Numbered from the stretch's first letter, positions 1-8,386 are shown. The stretch: DNA of 10,952 nt from Pseudomonadota bacterium (GCA_043818055.1 JBDRGF010000121.1:1-10952), one strand, 5' to 3'. The notes: generated from the letters alone by a model not told the origin. Numbers and translations: made by a program.

Positions 1-43
1 GATTTGTGCTATAAGGGTGCATCAAAATTTGAAAGGGGGATTT

Positions 44-427
44 ATGGCAAATCAGGGTGGTGAAAAGAAGACGGGCAGCAGCGGTCTGGCTCCTAATATT
101 GCAGGCCTTTTGTGTTATCTCTGCGCTCCGATAACCAGCATCATTTTCTTAATCCTTGAAAAAGAGAATGCGGATGTCAAATTTCACGCATGGCAGGGGA
201 CGGTCTTCGGTGTAGCCTGCATCGCAATTTCGGTGTTGCTCTCCATCTTAGGCGCTATCTTAGGCGCAATCGCGAGCTTCCTGGGTGCTTTGATAGCTAT
301 CATCTATCCGATCTTCTGGCTCGTTGCTATCGTCGTCTGGATCGTATGTATGGTCAAAGCTTATCAGGGTGAGCGCTGGAGAATTCCGGTTTTGGGCGAT
401 TTTGCAGCCGATAAGGCAGGTGTGTGA
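44..427 (+). CDS. DUF4870-like integral membrane protein
   Basis: ATG at 44 after a purine-rich SD (AAGGGGGA, 33-40), preferred over the track's GTG at 17. Pattern 'NIAGLLCYL...LILEKEN..VKFHAWQ...CMVKAYQGERWRIPVLGDFA' with hydrophobic helices is typical of DUF4870 proteins (recognised by eye). Confidence 0.8.
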   Translation: MANQGGEKKTGSSGLAPNIAGLLCYLCAPITSIIFLILEKENADVKFHAWQGTVFGVACIAISVLLSILGAILGAIASFLGALIAIIYPIFWLVAIVVWIVCMVKAYQGERWRIPVLGDFAADKAGV

Positions 428-873
428 TAAACGGTAGTTCTACTTTGAACAGAGTAAAGGGCTGGTATCTCCCTTTGATAGGGGTACCGGCCCTTTTTTT
501 GATCGCCTTTATCTATCCATATTTCCATACATCCTTCAAATTTTGCTTCATAAAGAGGGTGACAGGTCTTGATTGTCCCGGGTGCGGAATGACAAGGGGG
601 ATGTCCGCTCTCACCCATCTGCATTTTATGGATGCGATACTATTCAACCCTCTCTCCCCAATAGTTGCCCTATGGCTTCTGTATAAATTCTACCAGTACT
701 TATACTATATGATAAGAAAGCAAAGATTCGAGCTCCCGCTGTCGGCAGGCTCGACCCTTTTGCTATCGTACACTTTCCTAGGGGCGTTGATCTTTGTATG
801 GGTATTCAAACTCATATTTGGCTTGGCGGGCACCATGCAATTAACCCCTCTAAATCTTGATTTTTTTCATTAA
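424..873 (+). CDS. DUF2752-like membrane protein (CPGCG motif)
   Basis: 'C-F-I-K-R-V-T-G-L-D-CPGCGMTRG...DAILFNPL' signature plus transmembrane segments. GTGA start/stop overlap with the upstream gene. Confidence 0.8.
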   Translation: MINGSSTLNRVKGWYLPLIGVPALFLIAFIYPYFHTSFKFCFIKRVTGLDCPGCGMTRGMSALTHLHFMDAILFNPLSPIVALWLLYKFYQYLYYMIRKQRFELPLSAGSTLLLSYTFLGALIFVWVFKLIFGLAGTMQLTPLNLDFFH

Positions 874-914
874 TATTGCTCTAATCATTCAAGCTTTCAA
901 CAAGGAGGTCAGTT

Positions 915-1253
915 TTGTTAGAACAGAGAATAAAAGAGATAATCGAAGTCGAAATTGCTAAGGATATAAAGAAGAGGGCGAGCGAAGTTAAAAAGCTGGG
1001 AGATGTTGTGATCGCGATTGAGATGACCGATCTCAATAACCAGACCTGGCTCATCGATTGCCGAAACTCTCCACCGAGCGTAAAAGCCGGCACTATGGAG
1101 AACCCTGATTTACATGTGAGTCTCGCCAGCCCCGATTTCATCGAGATATACGAGGGCAGGTTAAAGGCGGAGAGCGCTTTTTTCACAGGGAAGATCAAAC
1201 TCAAAGGGAGCATGGGTTTGGCCATGCGTTTGGGCACGATAATTAAAAGGTAG
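915..1253 (+). CDS. SCP2 sterol/lipid-binding domain protein
   Basis: AGGAGG at 903-908 before a TTG start. C-terminal 'F.EIYEGRLKAESAFFTGKIKLKGSMGLAMRL' matches the SCP2 fold signature. Confidence 0.8.
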   Translation: MLEQRIKEIIEVEIAKDIKKRASEVKKLGDVVIAIEMTDLNNQTWLIDCRNSPPSVKAGTMENPDLHVSLASPDFIEIYEGRLKAESAFFTGKIKLKGSMGLAMRLGTIIKR

Positions 1254-1256
1254 CGG

Positions 1257-2882
1257 ATGAAGATTCAGATATCTCAAATTAATACGACGATCGGAGATTT
1301 TTCCGGCAACGTATCGAAGATCAAGAAAAAGCTGAAAAAGGCCATCTCAAAGGGCATTGACCTCGTCGTCTTTCCGGAGCTTGCCATATGCGGATATCCT
1401 CCGAGGGATTTTCTCGAAAAACCATCATTCATCAAGAAGAATGAAATCGCTCTGCGGGAGCTCGTGAAGTCTGTTGGCGATATAGGTGTGATCGTCGGTT
1501 ACGCAGCTCCTAATCCTATGCCTCATGGCAGAGGTGTGCTCAACAATGCCGCAATGATATTTCAAAAAAAAGTTTTGTTTGAACAGGCCAAGACGCTGCT
1601 TCCAAGTTACGATGTCTTCGATGAGACGAGATATTTTGATGCGGCCTCTTCGCAATCTGTATTCAAATTCAAATCGAAGACTATCGGGATTGCTATATGT
1701 GAGGATGCCTGGAGCGAGGTGGAATTCGGCGGTAGGGTTTTGTATAGCTTCGATCCTCTGAAGAGGCTCAAAGATCTCGGAGCTCAAATTATAATCGTGA
1801 TCTCAGCATCGCCTTACCATCTTGAAAAACACAAGCTGCGGGAAAAGCTCATAAAGAGGGCGGCTTTAAAATTACAAGTTCCTATAGTTTATTCAAACCT
1901 GGTCGGTGGAAATGACGAGCTGGTCTTTGACGGCCGATCTGTTGTAGCAGACAGCGAAGGCAATCTGGTCGCGATGGCTAAAGCTTTTTCGGAGGATACA
2001 CTTATCATCGATACCGAAGATATGAAACCTATGCAGAGTATCGAACATCTTCCGGATGAGGAGGAGCTGCTTAAGGCCTTGACGCTCGGACTTAAGGATT
2101 ACATTAAGAAATGCGGCTTCGACAAAGTTCTGCTCGGTCTCTCAGGCGGTATCGATTCGGCGCTTGTTGCGACGATTGCCGCGAAGGCTTTAGGCCCGAA
2201 GAAGGTGCTGGCCGTTTCAATGCCATCCCCTTACACATCGAAATTGAGCATAAAGGACGCCCGCGAGCTGACAAAAAATATTGGGATCGAACTGAGAGAG
2301 ATTCCTATCGAGGAAATATATGCAAAATTCAGGAGATCGCTCAAACGAAAATCAAAGATGACGATCGTCGAGGAAAACCTGCAGGCGAGGATTCGTGGAA
2401 CAATTTTGATGGGAATTTCAAATGATGAATCTAGATTGCTGCTTAGCACCGGAAACAAGTCGGAGCTGGCTGTCGGCTATTGCACCCTCTACGGCGATAT
2501 GGCGGGAGGCTTCGCCCTGATCTCCGATCTTCCAAAAACTTTAGTCTATAAGCTTTGTGATTTTATAAATAGAAAACGCGAAATTATTCCTGAGAGCATA
2601 ATGAAAAAGGCGCCGAGTGCCGAATTGAGGCCGAATCAGAAGGATCAGGACGAGTTGCCCGACTACGATGTACTCGATAAGATTTTGAAGCTCTACATCG
2701 AAGAGAAGAATGGCGAGGCTGCTATAGTCGAAAAGGGTTTCGACAAAAAGATAGTCTCCTTCATCATAAAGCGCGTTGACAAAAATGAGTACAAGAGAAG
2801 ACAGATGCCGGTCGGCATCAAGGTAACTTCAAAGGCTTTCGGACTAGGCAGGCGTTTCCCGATAGCTTGTAAAATAGAATGA
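1257..2882 (+). CDS. nadE: Glutamine-dependent NAD+ synthetase (nitrilase/CN-hydrolase domain plus NAD synthase domain)
   Basis: Glutaminase triad motifs FPELAICGYPP, KTLLPSYDVFDE and ICEDAW. Synthetase motifs GLSGGIDS, ENLQARIRG, TGNKSE, GYCTLYGD and PSAELRPNQKDQD. Confidence 0.97.
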   Translation: MKIQISQINTTIGDFSGNVSKIKKKLKKAISKGIDLVVFPELAICGYPPRDFLEKPSFIKKNEIALRELVKSVGDIGVIVGYAAPNPMPHGRGVLNNAAMIFQKKVLFEQAKTLLPSYDVFDETRYFDAASSQSVFKFKSKTIGIAICEDAWSEVEFGGRVLYSFDPLKRLKDLGAQIIIVISASPYHLEKHKLREKLIKRAALKLQVPIVYSNLVGGNDELVFDGRSVVADSEGNLVAMAKAFSEDTLIIDTEDMKPMQSIEHLPDEEELLKALTLGLKDYIKKCGFDKVLLGLSGGIDSALVATIAAKALGPKKVLAVSMPSPYTSKLSIKDARELTKNIGIELREIPIEEIYAKFRRSLKRKSKMTIVEENLQARIRGTILMGISNDESRLLLSTGNKSELAVGYCTLYGDMAGGFALISDLPKTLVYKLCDFINRKREIIPESIMKKAPSAELRPNQKDQDELPDYDVLDKILKLYIEEKNGEAAIVEKGFDKKIVSFIIKRVDKNEYKRRQMPVGIKVTSKAFGLGRRFPIACKIE

Positions 2883-2892
2883 AAGAAAAAGG

Positions 2893-3044
2893 CGCATGTG
2901 ACTAGGGGCAAGAAGTCAGAAGCAAGAAAAAACAAATGCCTTGTGGTATGTAGTGAATAGCTCAACAACCTTGCCCTTCACCCTGAATGGGGGAAGGTGG
3001 CCAGCGGCCGGATGGGGGCGATGTTTTTTCTACATACTACATGC
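2893..3044 (+). repeat. Structured intergenic repeat element, copy 1 (MITE/REP-like or ncRNA)
   Basis: Aligns end to end with 8387-8552 (about 85% identity by manual alignment, excluding a 14-nt indel). Outer stem 2942-2953/3030-3041 encloses GC-rich hairpins. Confidence 0.9.
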
Positions 3045-3057
3045 CATATGCTATATA
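3030..3057. repeat. Degenerate heptamer tandem repeat (CTACATA CTACATG CCATATG CTATATA)
   Basis: Four 7-nt units read directly from the sequence, overlapping the 3' end of element copy 1. Confidence 0.6.
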
Positions 3058-3066
3058 CGGTTTTTT

Positions 3067-3738
3067 ATGAATAACGGTACCCTCTACATAATTGCAACTC
3101 CGATCGGGAATCTTGAAGATATGACGCTTCGAGCCTTGCGTGTTTTGAAGGAGGTCGATCTCATCGCCGCAGAGGATACTCGAAAGACTCGTAATCTTCT
3201 GACCCACTTCGATATTCAAACGCCGACGACGAGCTTCTTCAAAGGCAACGAGAACGAGAAGTTCTTCTCACTCATCGAAAAAATGAAAGCAGGTCAAAAT
3301 ATAGCCCTCGTGAGCAACGCCGGCACCCCCTGCATATCCGATCCCGGTTTTCCCCTTGTAAAAAGAGCAATCGAAGAGGGGATAACAGTTGTTCCGATCC
3401 CCGGTGTTAGTGCTGTAATCGCAGCCCTTTCAGCCGCAGGCCTCCCCACCGACCGATTCACCTTCTTCGGTTTTCTACCTGAAAAAAGGGGGAAGAGGGG
3501 AAGGGTGCTTGAAATTATAAAAGGACTCGACCACACAGCGGTCCTCTATATGTCACCCTGGAAGGTTCTCCATCAGCTAAATGAAATGGCAGAGCTCTTT
3601 CCTGACAGAGAAGCTACCCTTTGTCATGAACTCACGAAGATTCACGAGGGGTTTATTCGCGGAACCATCAGCACTCTTTGTACCCATCTAGATCAACACC
3701 CCCCGAAAGGGGAATACGTGTTGATAATTTCTTCCTAA
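3067..3738 (+). CDS. rsmI: 16S rRNA (cytidine1402-2'-O)-methyltransferase RsmI, short form (223 aa)
   Basis: GTLYIIATPIGNLEDMTLRAL, AAEDTR, LVSNAGTPCISDPG, PIPGVSA and ELTKIHE...KGEYVL. Start placed at ATG 3067; the track's extension from 2941 is translated repeat DNA. Confidence 0.95.
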   Translation: MNNGTLYIIATPIGNLEDMTLRALRVLKEVDLIAAEDTRKTRNLLTHFDIQTPTTSFFKGNENEKFFSLIEKMKAGQNIALVSNAGTPCISDPGFPLVKRAIEEGITVVPIPGVSAVIAALSAAGLPTDRFTFFGFLPEKRGKRGRVLEIIKGLDHTAVLYMSPWKVLHQLNEMAELFPDREATLCHELTKIHEGFIRGTISTLCTHLDQHPPKGEYVLIISS

Positions 3739-3739
3739 T

Positions 3740-3765
3740 AAAAAAGGCGGGTTTTTCAACCCGCC
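3740..3765 (-). terminator. Rho-independent terminator for dnaK (possibly bidirectional)
   Basis: 8-bp stem GGCGGGTT (3746-3753) / AACCCGCC (3758-3765) with a 4-nt loop. A6 at 3740-3745 gives a U tract on the minus strand. Lies between convergent rsmI and dnaK. Confidence 0.85.
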
Positions 3766-3776
3766 CTTCGCTATTG

Positions 3777-3807
3777 TCTTAATTCTTAATTCTTAATTCT
3801 TAACTCT
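3777..3807. repeat. Heptamer tandem repeat (TCTTAAT)3 TCTTAAC TCT
   Basis: Read directly. Lies between the dnaK stop codon and its terminator. Confidence 0.9.
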
Positions 3808-3811
3808 GCAT

Positions 3812-5743
3812 TTATTGCGCATCTTTCGTCTCCTCAAACTCCGCATCCACAACCTTTTCATCCTTTTTCTTTTCTTCAGCCTTCGGTTCTTCGGATGATT
3901 CGCCCGGCTGCTGTTCAGGTTGACCTTCAGCTCCCGGAGGAGGTGTTTGTGCTTTATACATCGCCTCGGCTATTTTATGAGAGGCACTCGTCAGCGCTTC
4001 CATAGTCTTTTTAATCTCGTCGGCGTTGTTGCTCTCGATCGCCTTTTTACAATCTTCGATCGCTTTTTCAGCATTTGAAATATCGCCGACGGGAATTTTT
4101 TCACGATTTTCCTTTATCATCTTCTCCGTGCTATAGACTAACGAATCGGCCTGGTTCCTTGTGTCGATCTCCTCATGTCGTTTTTTATCTTCAGCTGCAT
4201 GTGACTTAGCCTCGTTCACAAGCTTGTCGATATCCTCCTTGGAAAGTCCCGATGAGGATGTGATGGTGATCTTCTGTGTCTTCTGTGTCGCCATATCCTT
4301 GGCGGATACATGAACGATGCCGTTGGCATCTATGTCGAATGTGACTTCGACCTGTGGCACACCGCGTGGAGCCGGTGGAATACCGTCGAGGTGAAATCGA
4401 CCAAGGGTTCTGTTGCCGCTTGCCATTTCACGTTCGCCCTGCATGACATGCACTTCGACGCTCGTCTGGCTGTCCGCTGCTGTAGAGAAGACCTGACTCT
4501 TTCTAGTCGGGATCGTCGTGTTTCTGTCGATCAGCTTTGTCATGACGCCACCCAGTGTTTCGATTCCCAAAGAGAGTGGAGTGACATCGAGAAGCAGCAT
4601 ATCCTTCACTTCGCCGCCAAGTACGCCGGCCTGAATTGCCGCTCCGGCAGCGACGACCTCATCCGGGTTGACTCCGTGATGCGGATCCTTACCGAAGAAA
4701 TCCTTTACGATATGTTGCACCTTTGGAATTCTCGTCGAACCGCCGACCATTATGACCTCGGCGATATCTGCGGGTGTTTTCTTCGCATCGGAGAGTGCTT
4801 TTTTGCACGGTTCAATTGTTCGTTGTAGATAGTTGTCGACAAGCGCTTCGAATTTCGCACGCGTCAATTTGAGATTCATGTGCTTCGGACCTGAGGCATC
4901 GGCTGTGAGAAATGGGAGGTTGACGTCGGTTTCCATCGTCGATGAGAGTTCAATCTTCGCCTTTTCAGCTGCCTCTTTGAGGCGCTGCAGCACCATCTTA
5001 TCTTTCGAGACATCGATTCCCTGATCCTTTTTGAATTCGGTGATCAGATAGTTCATCAGCTCCTGATCGAGATTGTCGCCGCCCAGATGTGTGTCGCCGT
5101 TAGTGGATAGCACTTCAACGATATTCTCTCCAACCTCAAGGATGGAGATATCGAACGTTCCTCCACCGAAATCGAAGACTGCTACTATCTCATCCTTTTT
5201 CTTATCGAGGCCGTAAGCGAGTGCCGCGGCTGTCGGTTCATTTACGATTCGTTTGACATCGAGCCCTGCGATCCTGCCAGCGTCTTTTGTCGCCTGTCGC
5301 TGAGAGTCGTTGAAATACGCGGGCACCGTGATAACAGCCTCCTTGACCGTCTCCCCAAGATATTTCTCCGCAGCGGCCTTCATCTTTCTCAGGATATGCG
5401 CGGATATCTCAGGTGGTGAGACCTTCTTGCCATCGATATTTACGACAGCGTCGCCGTTATCGGCCCTTTCGATTTTGTAAGGAACTATTCCGATCTCCTC
5501 GGGGACTTCGTCATATTTTCTTCCCATGAAGCGCTTGATCGAGTAGATCGTGTTGTCCGGATTTGTAATCGACTGACGCTTAGCGATCTGTCCCACAAGA
5601 ATTTGGCCATCTTTTGTAAATGCGACTACAGAGGGAGTAGTGCGGTTTCCCTCTTCATTGGTTATGATCTTGGGCTCTCCACCCTCCATCACCGCCACAC
5701 AAGAGTTCGTAGTACCTAAATCGATTCCTATTATCTTTCCCAT
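3812..5743 (-). CDS. dnaK: Molecular chaperone DnaK (Hsp70)
   Basis: [51 protein letters not shown] and C-terminal [17 protein letters not shown] on the minus strand at 5747-5753. Confidence 0.99.
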   Translation of the reverse strand: MGKIIGIDLGTTNSCVAVMEGGEPKIITNEEGNRTTPSVVAFTKDGQILVGQIAKRQSITNPDNTIYSIKRFMGRKYDEVPEEIGIVPYKIERADNGDAVVNIDGKKVSPPEISAHILRKMKAAAEKYLGETVKEAVITVPAYFNDSQRQATKDAGRIAGLDVKRIVNEPTAAALAYGLDKKKDEIVAVFDFGGGTFDISILEVGENIVEVLSTNGDTHLGGDNLDQELMNYLITEFKKDQGIDVSKDKMVLQRLKEAAEKAKIELSSTMETDVNLPFLTADASGPKHMNLKLTRAKFEALVDNYLQRTIEPCKKALSDAKKTPADIAEVIMVGGSTRIPKVQHIVKDFFGKDPHHGVNPDEVVAAGAAIQAGVLGGEVKDMLLLDVTPLSLGIETLGGVMTKLIDRNTTIPTRKSQVFSTAADSQTSVEVHVMQGEREMASGNRTLGRFHLDGIPPAPRGVPQVEVTFDIDANGIVHVSAKDMATQKTQKITITSSSGLSKEDIDKLVNEAKSHAAEDKKRHEEIDTRNQADSLVYSTEKMIKENREKIPVGDISNAEKAIEDCKKAIESNNADEIKKTMEALTSASHKIAEAMYKAQTPPPGAEGQPEQQPGESSEEPKAEEKKKDEKVVDAEFEETKDAQ

Positions 5744-5797
5744 CTTTCCTCCTAATTAGCATGTTAAACGGTTAGAACTATTTGAACTGCTATGCCC

Positions 5798-5826
5798 ATA
5801 TGGTGTAACACACCTATAATGTCAAG
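5798..5826 (-). promoter_or_regulatory. Putative sigma32 (RpoH)-type promoter for dnaK
   Basis: Minus strand reads CTTGAC-N15-CACCATAT, close to the RpoH consensus CTTGAA-N13-15-CCCCATNT. Confidence 0.65.
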
Positions 5827-5850
5827 GATCTGAATAAAATTTCCTAACCT

Positions 5851-5879
5851 CTTGACTTTAATATAAAAAAATACCATTT
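5851..5879 (+). promoter_or_regulatory. Putative sigma32 (RpoH)-type promoter for the dnaJ operon
   Basis: Plus strand reads CTTGAC-N15-TACCATTT, with the same -35 hexamer and spacing as the dnaK-facing motif. Confidence 0.65.
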
Positions 5880-5881
5880 AA

Positions 5882-5920
5882 GCTGTCGGCTGATAGCTGA
5901 TAGCTGGTAGCTGAGAGCTA
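5882..5920. repeat. Heptamer tandem repeat GCTGATA-type (GCTGTCG GCTGATA GCTGATA GCTGGTA GCTGAGA GCTA)
   Basis: Read directly. Fills nearly all the space between the putative promoter and the dnaJ ATG. Confidence 0.9.
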
Positions 5921-5925
5921 ATTCT

Positions 5926-7005
5926 ATGACCAAACGCGATTATTATGAAGTTTTAGGTATCGAAAAGGCCGCCGATGAGAGCGAGATCAAGCGCGCTTAT
6001 CGCAAAATCGCCCTCGAATGCCATCCCGACAGGACCAACCACGATCCGGTCGCTGAGGAGAGCTTTAAAGAGGCCTCCGAGGCCTATGAGGTCCTCTCCG
6101 ACAAGAATAAACGACAGATCTACGACACCTATGGTCACAGGGGTCTTGAGGGTAGCGGTTTTCATGGCTTTGATTCGATGGACGACATCTTCTCCTCGAT
6201 GGGTGGTATATTCGAGGAGTTCTTTGGAGGTTTTGGTGGTGGCGGAGGTTTTGGATTTGATCCCTTCAGCTCTTCAGGGAAGCACAGAAAGAGGCGCGGG
6301 AGGGACTTGCAGTATCTCCTGGAGATCGATTTCAAAGATGCGTTTGGCGGGATAAAAAAGGATATCAAAATTGAAAAGACTGAAATCTGCGCAGCGTGCG
6401 AGGGAAACGGCTCAGAGGGTGGAAAGAGCATAAAGCATTGCAGCACCTGCGGCGGCACGGGTCAGGTCACACACAGACAGGGTTTTTTCGTCCTGAGCAC
6501 CCCATGTTCACATTGTCACGGACATGGCGCTGTAATTGATAAGGTCTGCTCAAAGTGTAAAGGACATGGGCATATTGTGAAGGAGAAAAAACTCTCCGTC
6601 AAAATTCCTGCCGGCATCGGAGATGGAATGCATCTGGTATTGAGGGGCGAGGGCGAAGCGGGAGAGCATGGTGGACCAGCGGGCAACCTCTATGTGATAG
6701 TCAAGGTCGATCAACACAAATTTTTTCAGAGAAATGGGGATGACATCTATTATGAAGCAGGTATATCATTCCCACAGGCAGCCCTCGGTGATAAGATAGA
6801 AATTCCTACCATGGAGGGGAAGACAAGCATTGCAGTTCCTCATGGGACGCAACATGGTGACACGCTCAAAGTAAGGATGGAGGGCTTTCCAAGGGTAAAT
6901 AGCTCTGCCAGAGGTGATCTGATAGTCATTTTCAAAATCAGGACACCTGAGAAACTGACTAAGAAACAGAAGGAGCTCTTGGAAGAGTTGAAAAAGGAGC
7001 TATAA
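5926..7005 (+). CDS. dnaJ: Molecular chaperone DnaJ (class A)
   Basis: J-domain with HPD, G/F-rich linker, four CxxCxGxG zinc motifs (CAACEGNG, CSTCGGTG, CSHCHGHG, CSKCKGHG) and the C-terminal domain. Confidence 0.97.
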   Translation: MTKRDYYEVLGIEKAADESEIKRAYRKIALECHPDRTNHDPVAEESFKEASEAYEVLSDKNKRQIYDTYGHRGLEGSGFHGFDSMDDIFSSMGGIFEEFFGGFGGGGGFGFDPFSSSGKHRKRRGRDLQYLLEIDFKDAFGGIKKDIKIEKTEICAACEGNGSEGGKSIKHCSTCGGTGQVTHRQGFFVLSTPCSHCHGHGAVIDKVCSKCKGHGHIVKEKKLSVKIPAGIGDGMHLVLRGEGEAGEHGGPAGNLYVIVKVDQHKFFQRNGDDIYYEAGISFPQAALGDKIEIPTMEGKTSIAVPHGTQHGDTLKVRMEGFPRVNSSARGDLIVIFKIRTPEKLTKKQKELLEELKKEL

Positions 7006-7007
7006 TT

Positions 7008-7814
7008 ATGCACATAGAAACTATCGTTAAGAGGGAGCTCTTGCCGGCCGGTTTTAACTGTTATTATGAACACTGGTTTCCGGAAAATCCCATGGCGCTG
7101 GTCGTTTTTGTTCACGGTATCGGCGGATATACCGCCAAATTTCGTGGTATTTCGACCGAGCTCATCAAGAAAAACTACGCAGTAGCTATGTATGATCAGA
7201 GAGGCTTTGGCAGATCCGCCGGCAGGAGAGGGGATGCGGCTTCGGCACGTGTCTGGGTGAAAGATCTTGCCGAATTTGTCACCTTCACAAAAAATTCAAT
7301 TAAAAAGGACTTGCCGCTCATCCTCATCGCCGAGGGACTGGGCACGCCGATATCGGTTTCATACATGGTTGAGAAAAAGGGGCACGCGGCCGCGTTCATA
7401 GGGCTCTTCAGCGCGCTGGAACAGAAGGTTGAACTCACCAGCTGGCAGAAGCGTCTGCCTGATAAAATTGTTAAGATGCTCCCCTACCTTAATGTTCGTT
7501 TTTCTGAGAACAACGACCCATTGTCGGTCAATGCCATTTCGCTCAGGGCTTATCGTGATATGGAATCTCTTCTGCATGTCATATATCCGATGGCGTACAG
7601 GCTTCAGGTGCCGACGCTCATGTTCAGCCACGAGGAGGATGCCGCAAACAGAAGGGCAACCGAGTCGGAGTTTTTTTCGAGGTTGCAGCAGCCGATAAAA
7701 AAAATGGTCGTATGTCAGCATGGCTTCGATCCATTCAAGGATGGAGCGACAGCAGTTGCCGACGAGATAGATACCTGGTTGCATGCAACTGAAATAATAA
7801 GGGGGAGACGATGA
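7008..7814 (+). CDS. Alpha/beta hydrolase fold protein (lysophospholipase/monoacylglycerol lipase-like), probably catalytically inactive
   Basis: VVFVHG and YDQRGFGRS.GRRG motifs present. The nucleophile elbow GHSMG position reads AEGLG. Starts 2 nt after the dnaJ stop. Confidence 0.85.
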   Translation: MHIETIVKRELLPAGFNCYYEHWFPENPMALVVFVHGIGGYTAKFRGISTELIKKNYAVAMYDQRGFGRSAGRRGDAASARVWVKDLAEFVTFTKNSIKKDLPLILIAEGLGTPISVSYMVEKKGHAAAFIGLFSALEQKVELTSWQKRLPDKIVKMLPYLNVRFSENNDPLSVNAISLRAYRDMESLLHVIYPMAYRLQVPTLMFSHEEDAANRRATESEFFSRLQQPIKKMVVCQHGFDPFKDGATAVADEIDTWLHATEIIRGRR

Positions 7815-8383
7815 GACGATTTGCACTGATTGGTTTTTCATTATTGTTCTCTTTTTTACTGCTAAGCCAGGCTGCCGAGGCAAAGAGCTATAAGACGAAA
7901 TTGAGAAGCGTGACGAAGAGCTCTGAACTCTACGATCTTCAAACGTGGGATGCCAAGATCCTCTGGCATTCGACAATTTTTACAGGGGATTTTCGCGACG
8001 CGTATGACAAGGAGTATATCAAACTGAATTACCTCGCAGGTGAGGAGAAACAGAGGTGGCTTGCTAAGCAGCTCGATCAGCAAAAGCATCTATGGGAGGT
8101 GCTGGTTTCGTTTTACACGAAGAGGGATTATAAACAGTTCAGCCTTGGCGCGGATACATTCTGGAAAATATTTTTGACCGGCGCTTCAGGCGAGATGATC
8201 GTTCCTATAACGATTGAAGAGGTACCTGTTACACCGCTCATCAAGGTGATGTTTCCACACGTCAGCAGATGGTCGAAAGTCTATCGCGTCCTCTTTTCAA
8301 AAGTCGATCTGGGAGCAAAACCCGTCCTCACGATGAGATCAGTTGTAGGTGAGACTAAGGTGAAGTGGAAGCTGAAAAACTAA
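7811..8383 (+). CDS. Secreted hypothetical protein with Sec signal peptide
   Basis: N-terminal MRR, hydrophobic core and AEA cleavage motif. ATGA overlap with the upstream gene and a G-rich SD (GGGGAG) upstream. Confidence 0.8.
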   Translation: MRRFALIGFSLLFSFLLLSQAAEAKSYKTKLRSVTKSSELYDLQTWDAKILWHSTIFTGDFRDAYDKEYIKLNYLAGEEKQRWLAKQLDQQKHLWEVLVSFYTKRDYKQFSLGADTFWKIFLTGASGEMIVPITIEEVPVTPLIKVMFPHVSRWSKVYRVLFSKVDLGAKPVLTMRSVVGETKVKWKLKN

Positions 8384-8386
8384 AAT

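Noticed and set aside
881..2458. Alternative-frame and antisense ORFs over the SCP2 gene and nadE (and similar ones over dnaJ and the hydrolase)
   Set aside because: They overlap well-supported genes and have no recognisable motifs.
2941..3066. 42-aa N-terminal extension of RsmI in the ORF track
   Set aside because: It is translated repeat-element DNA. RsmI homology begins at ATG 3067 (MNNGTLYIIATPIGN).
3067..3738. RsmI shorter than the ~280-aa enterobacterial form, considered as a possible pseudogene
   Set aside because: The catalytic domains are intact through KGEYVL, and short forms lacking the C-terminal extension occur in many bacteria.
4310..5024. Plus-strand ORFs antisense to dnaK
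   Set aside because: Antisense open frames are a common by-product of Hsp70 codon usage, and these show no recognisable motifs.
5755..5800. Possible CIRCE (HrcA operator) near TTAGCA/TTAGAAC upstream of dnaK
   Set aside because: No matching GAGTGCTAA half-site at 9-nt spacing.
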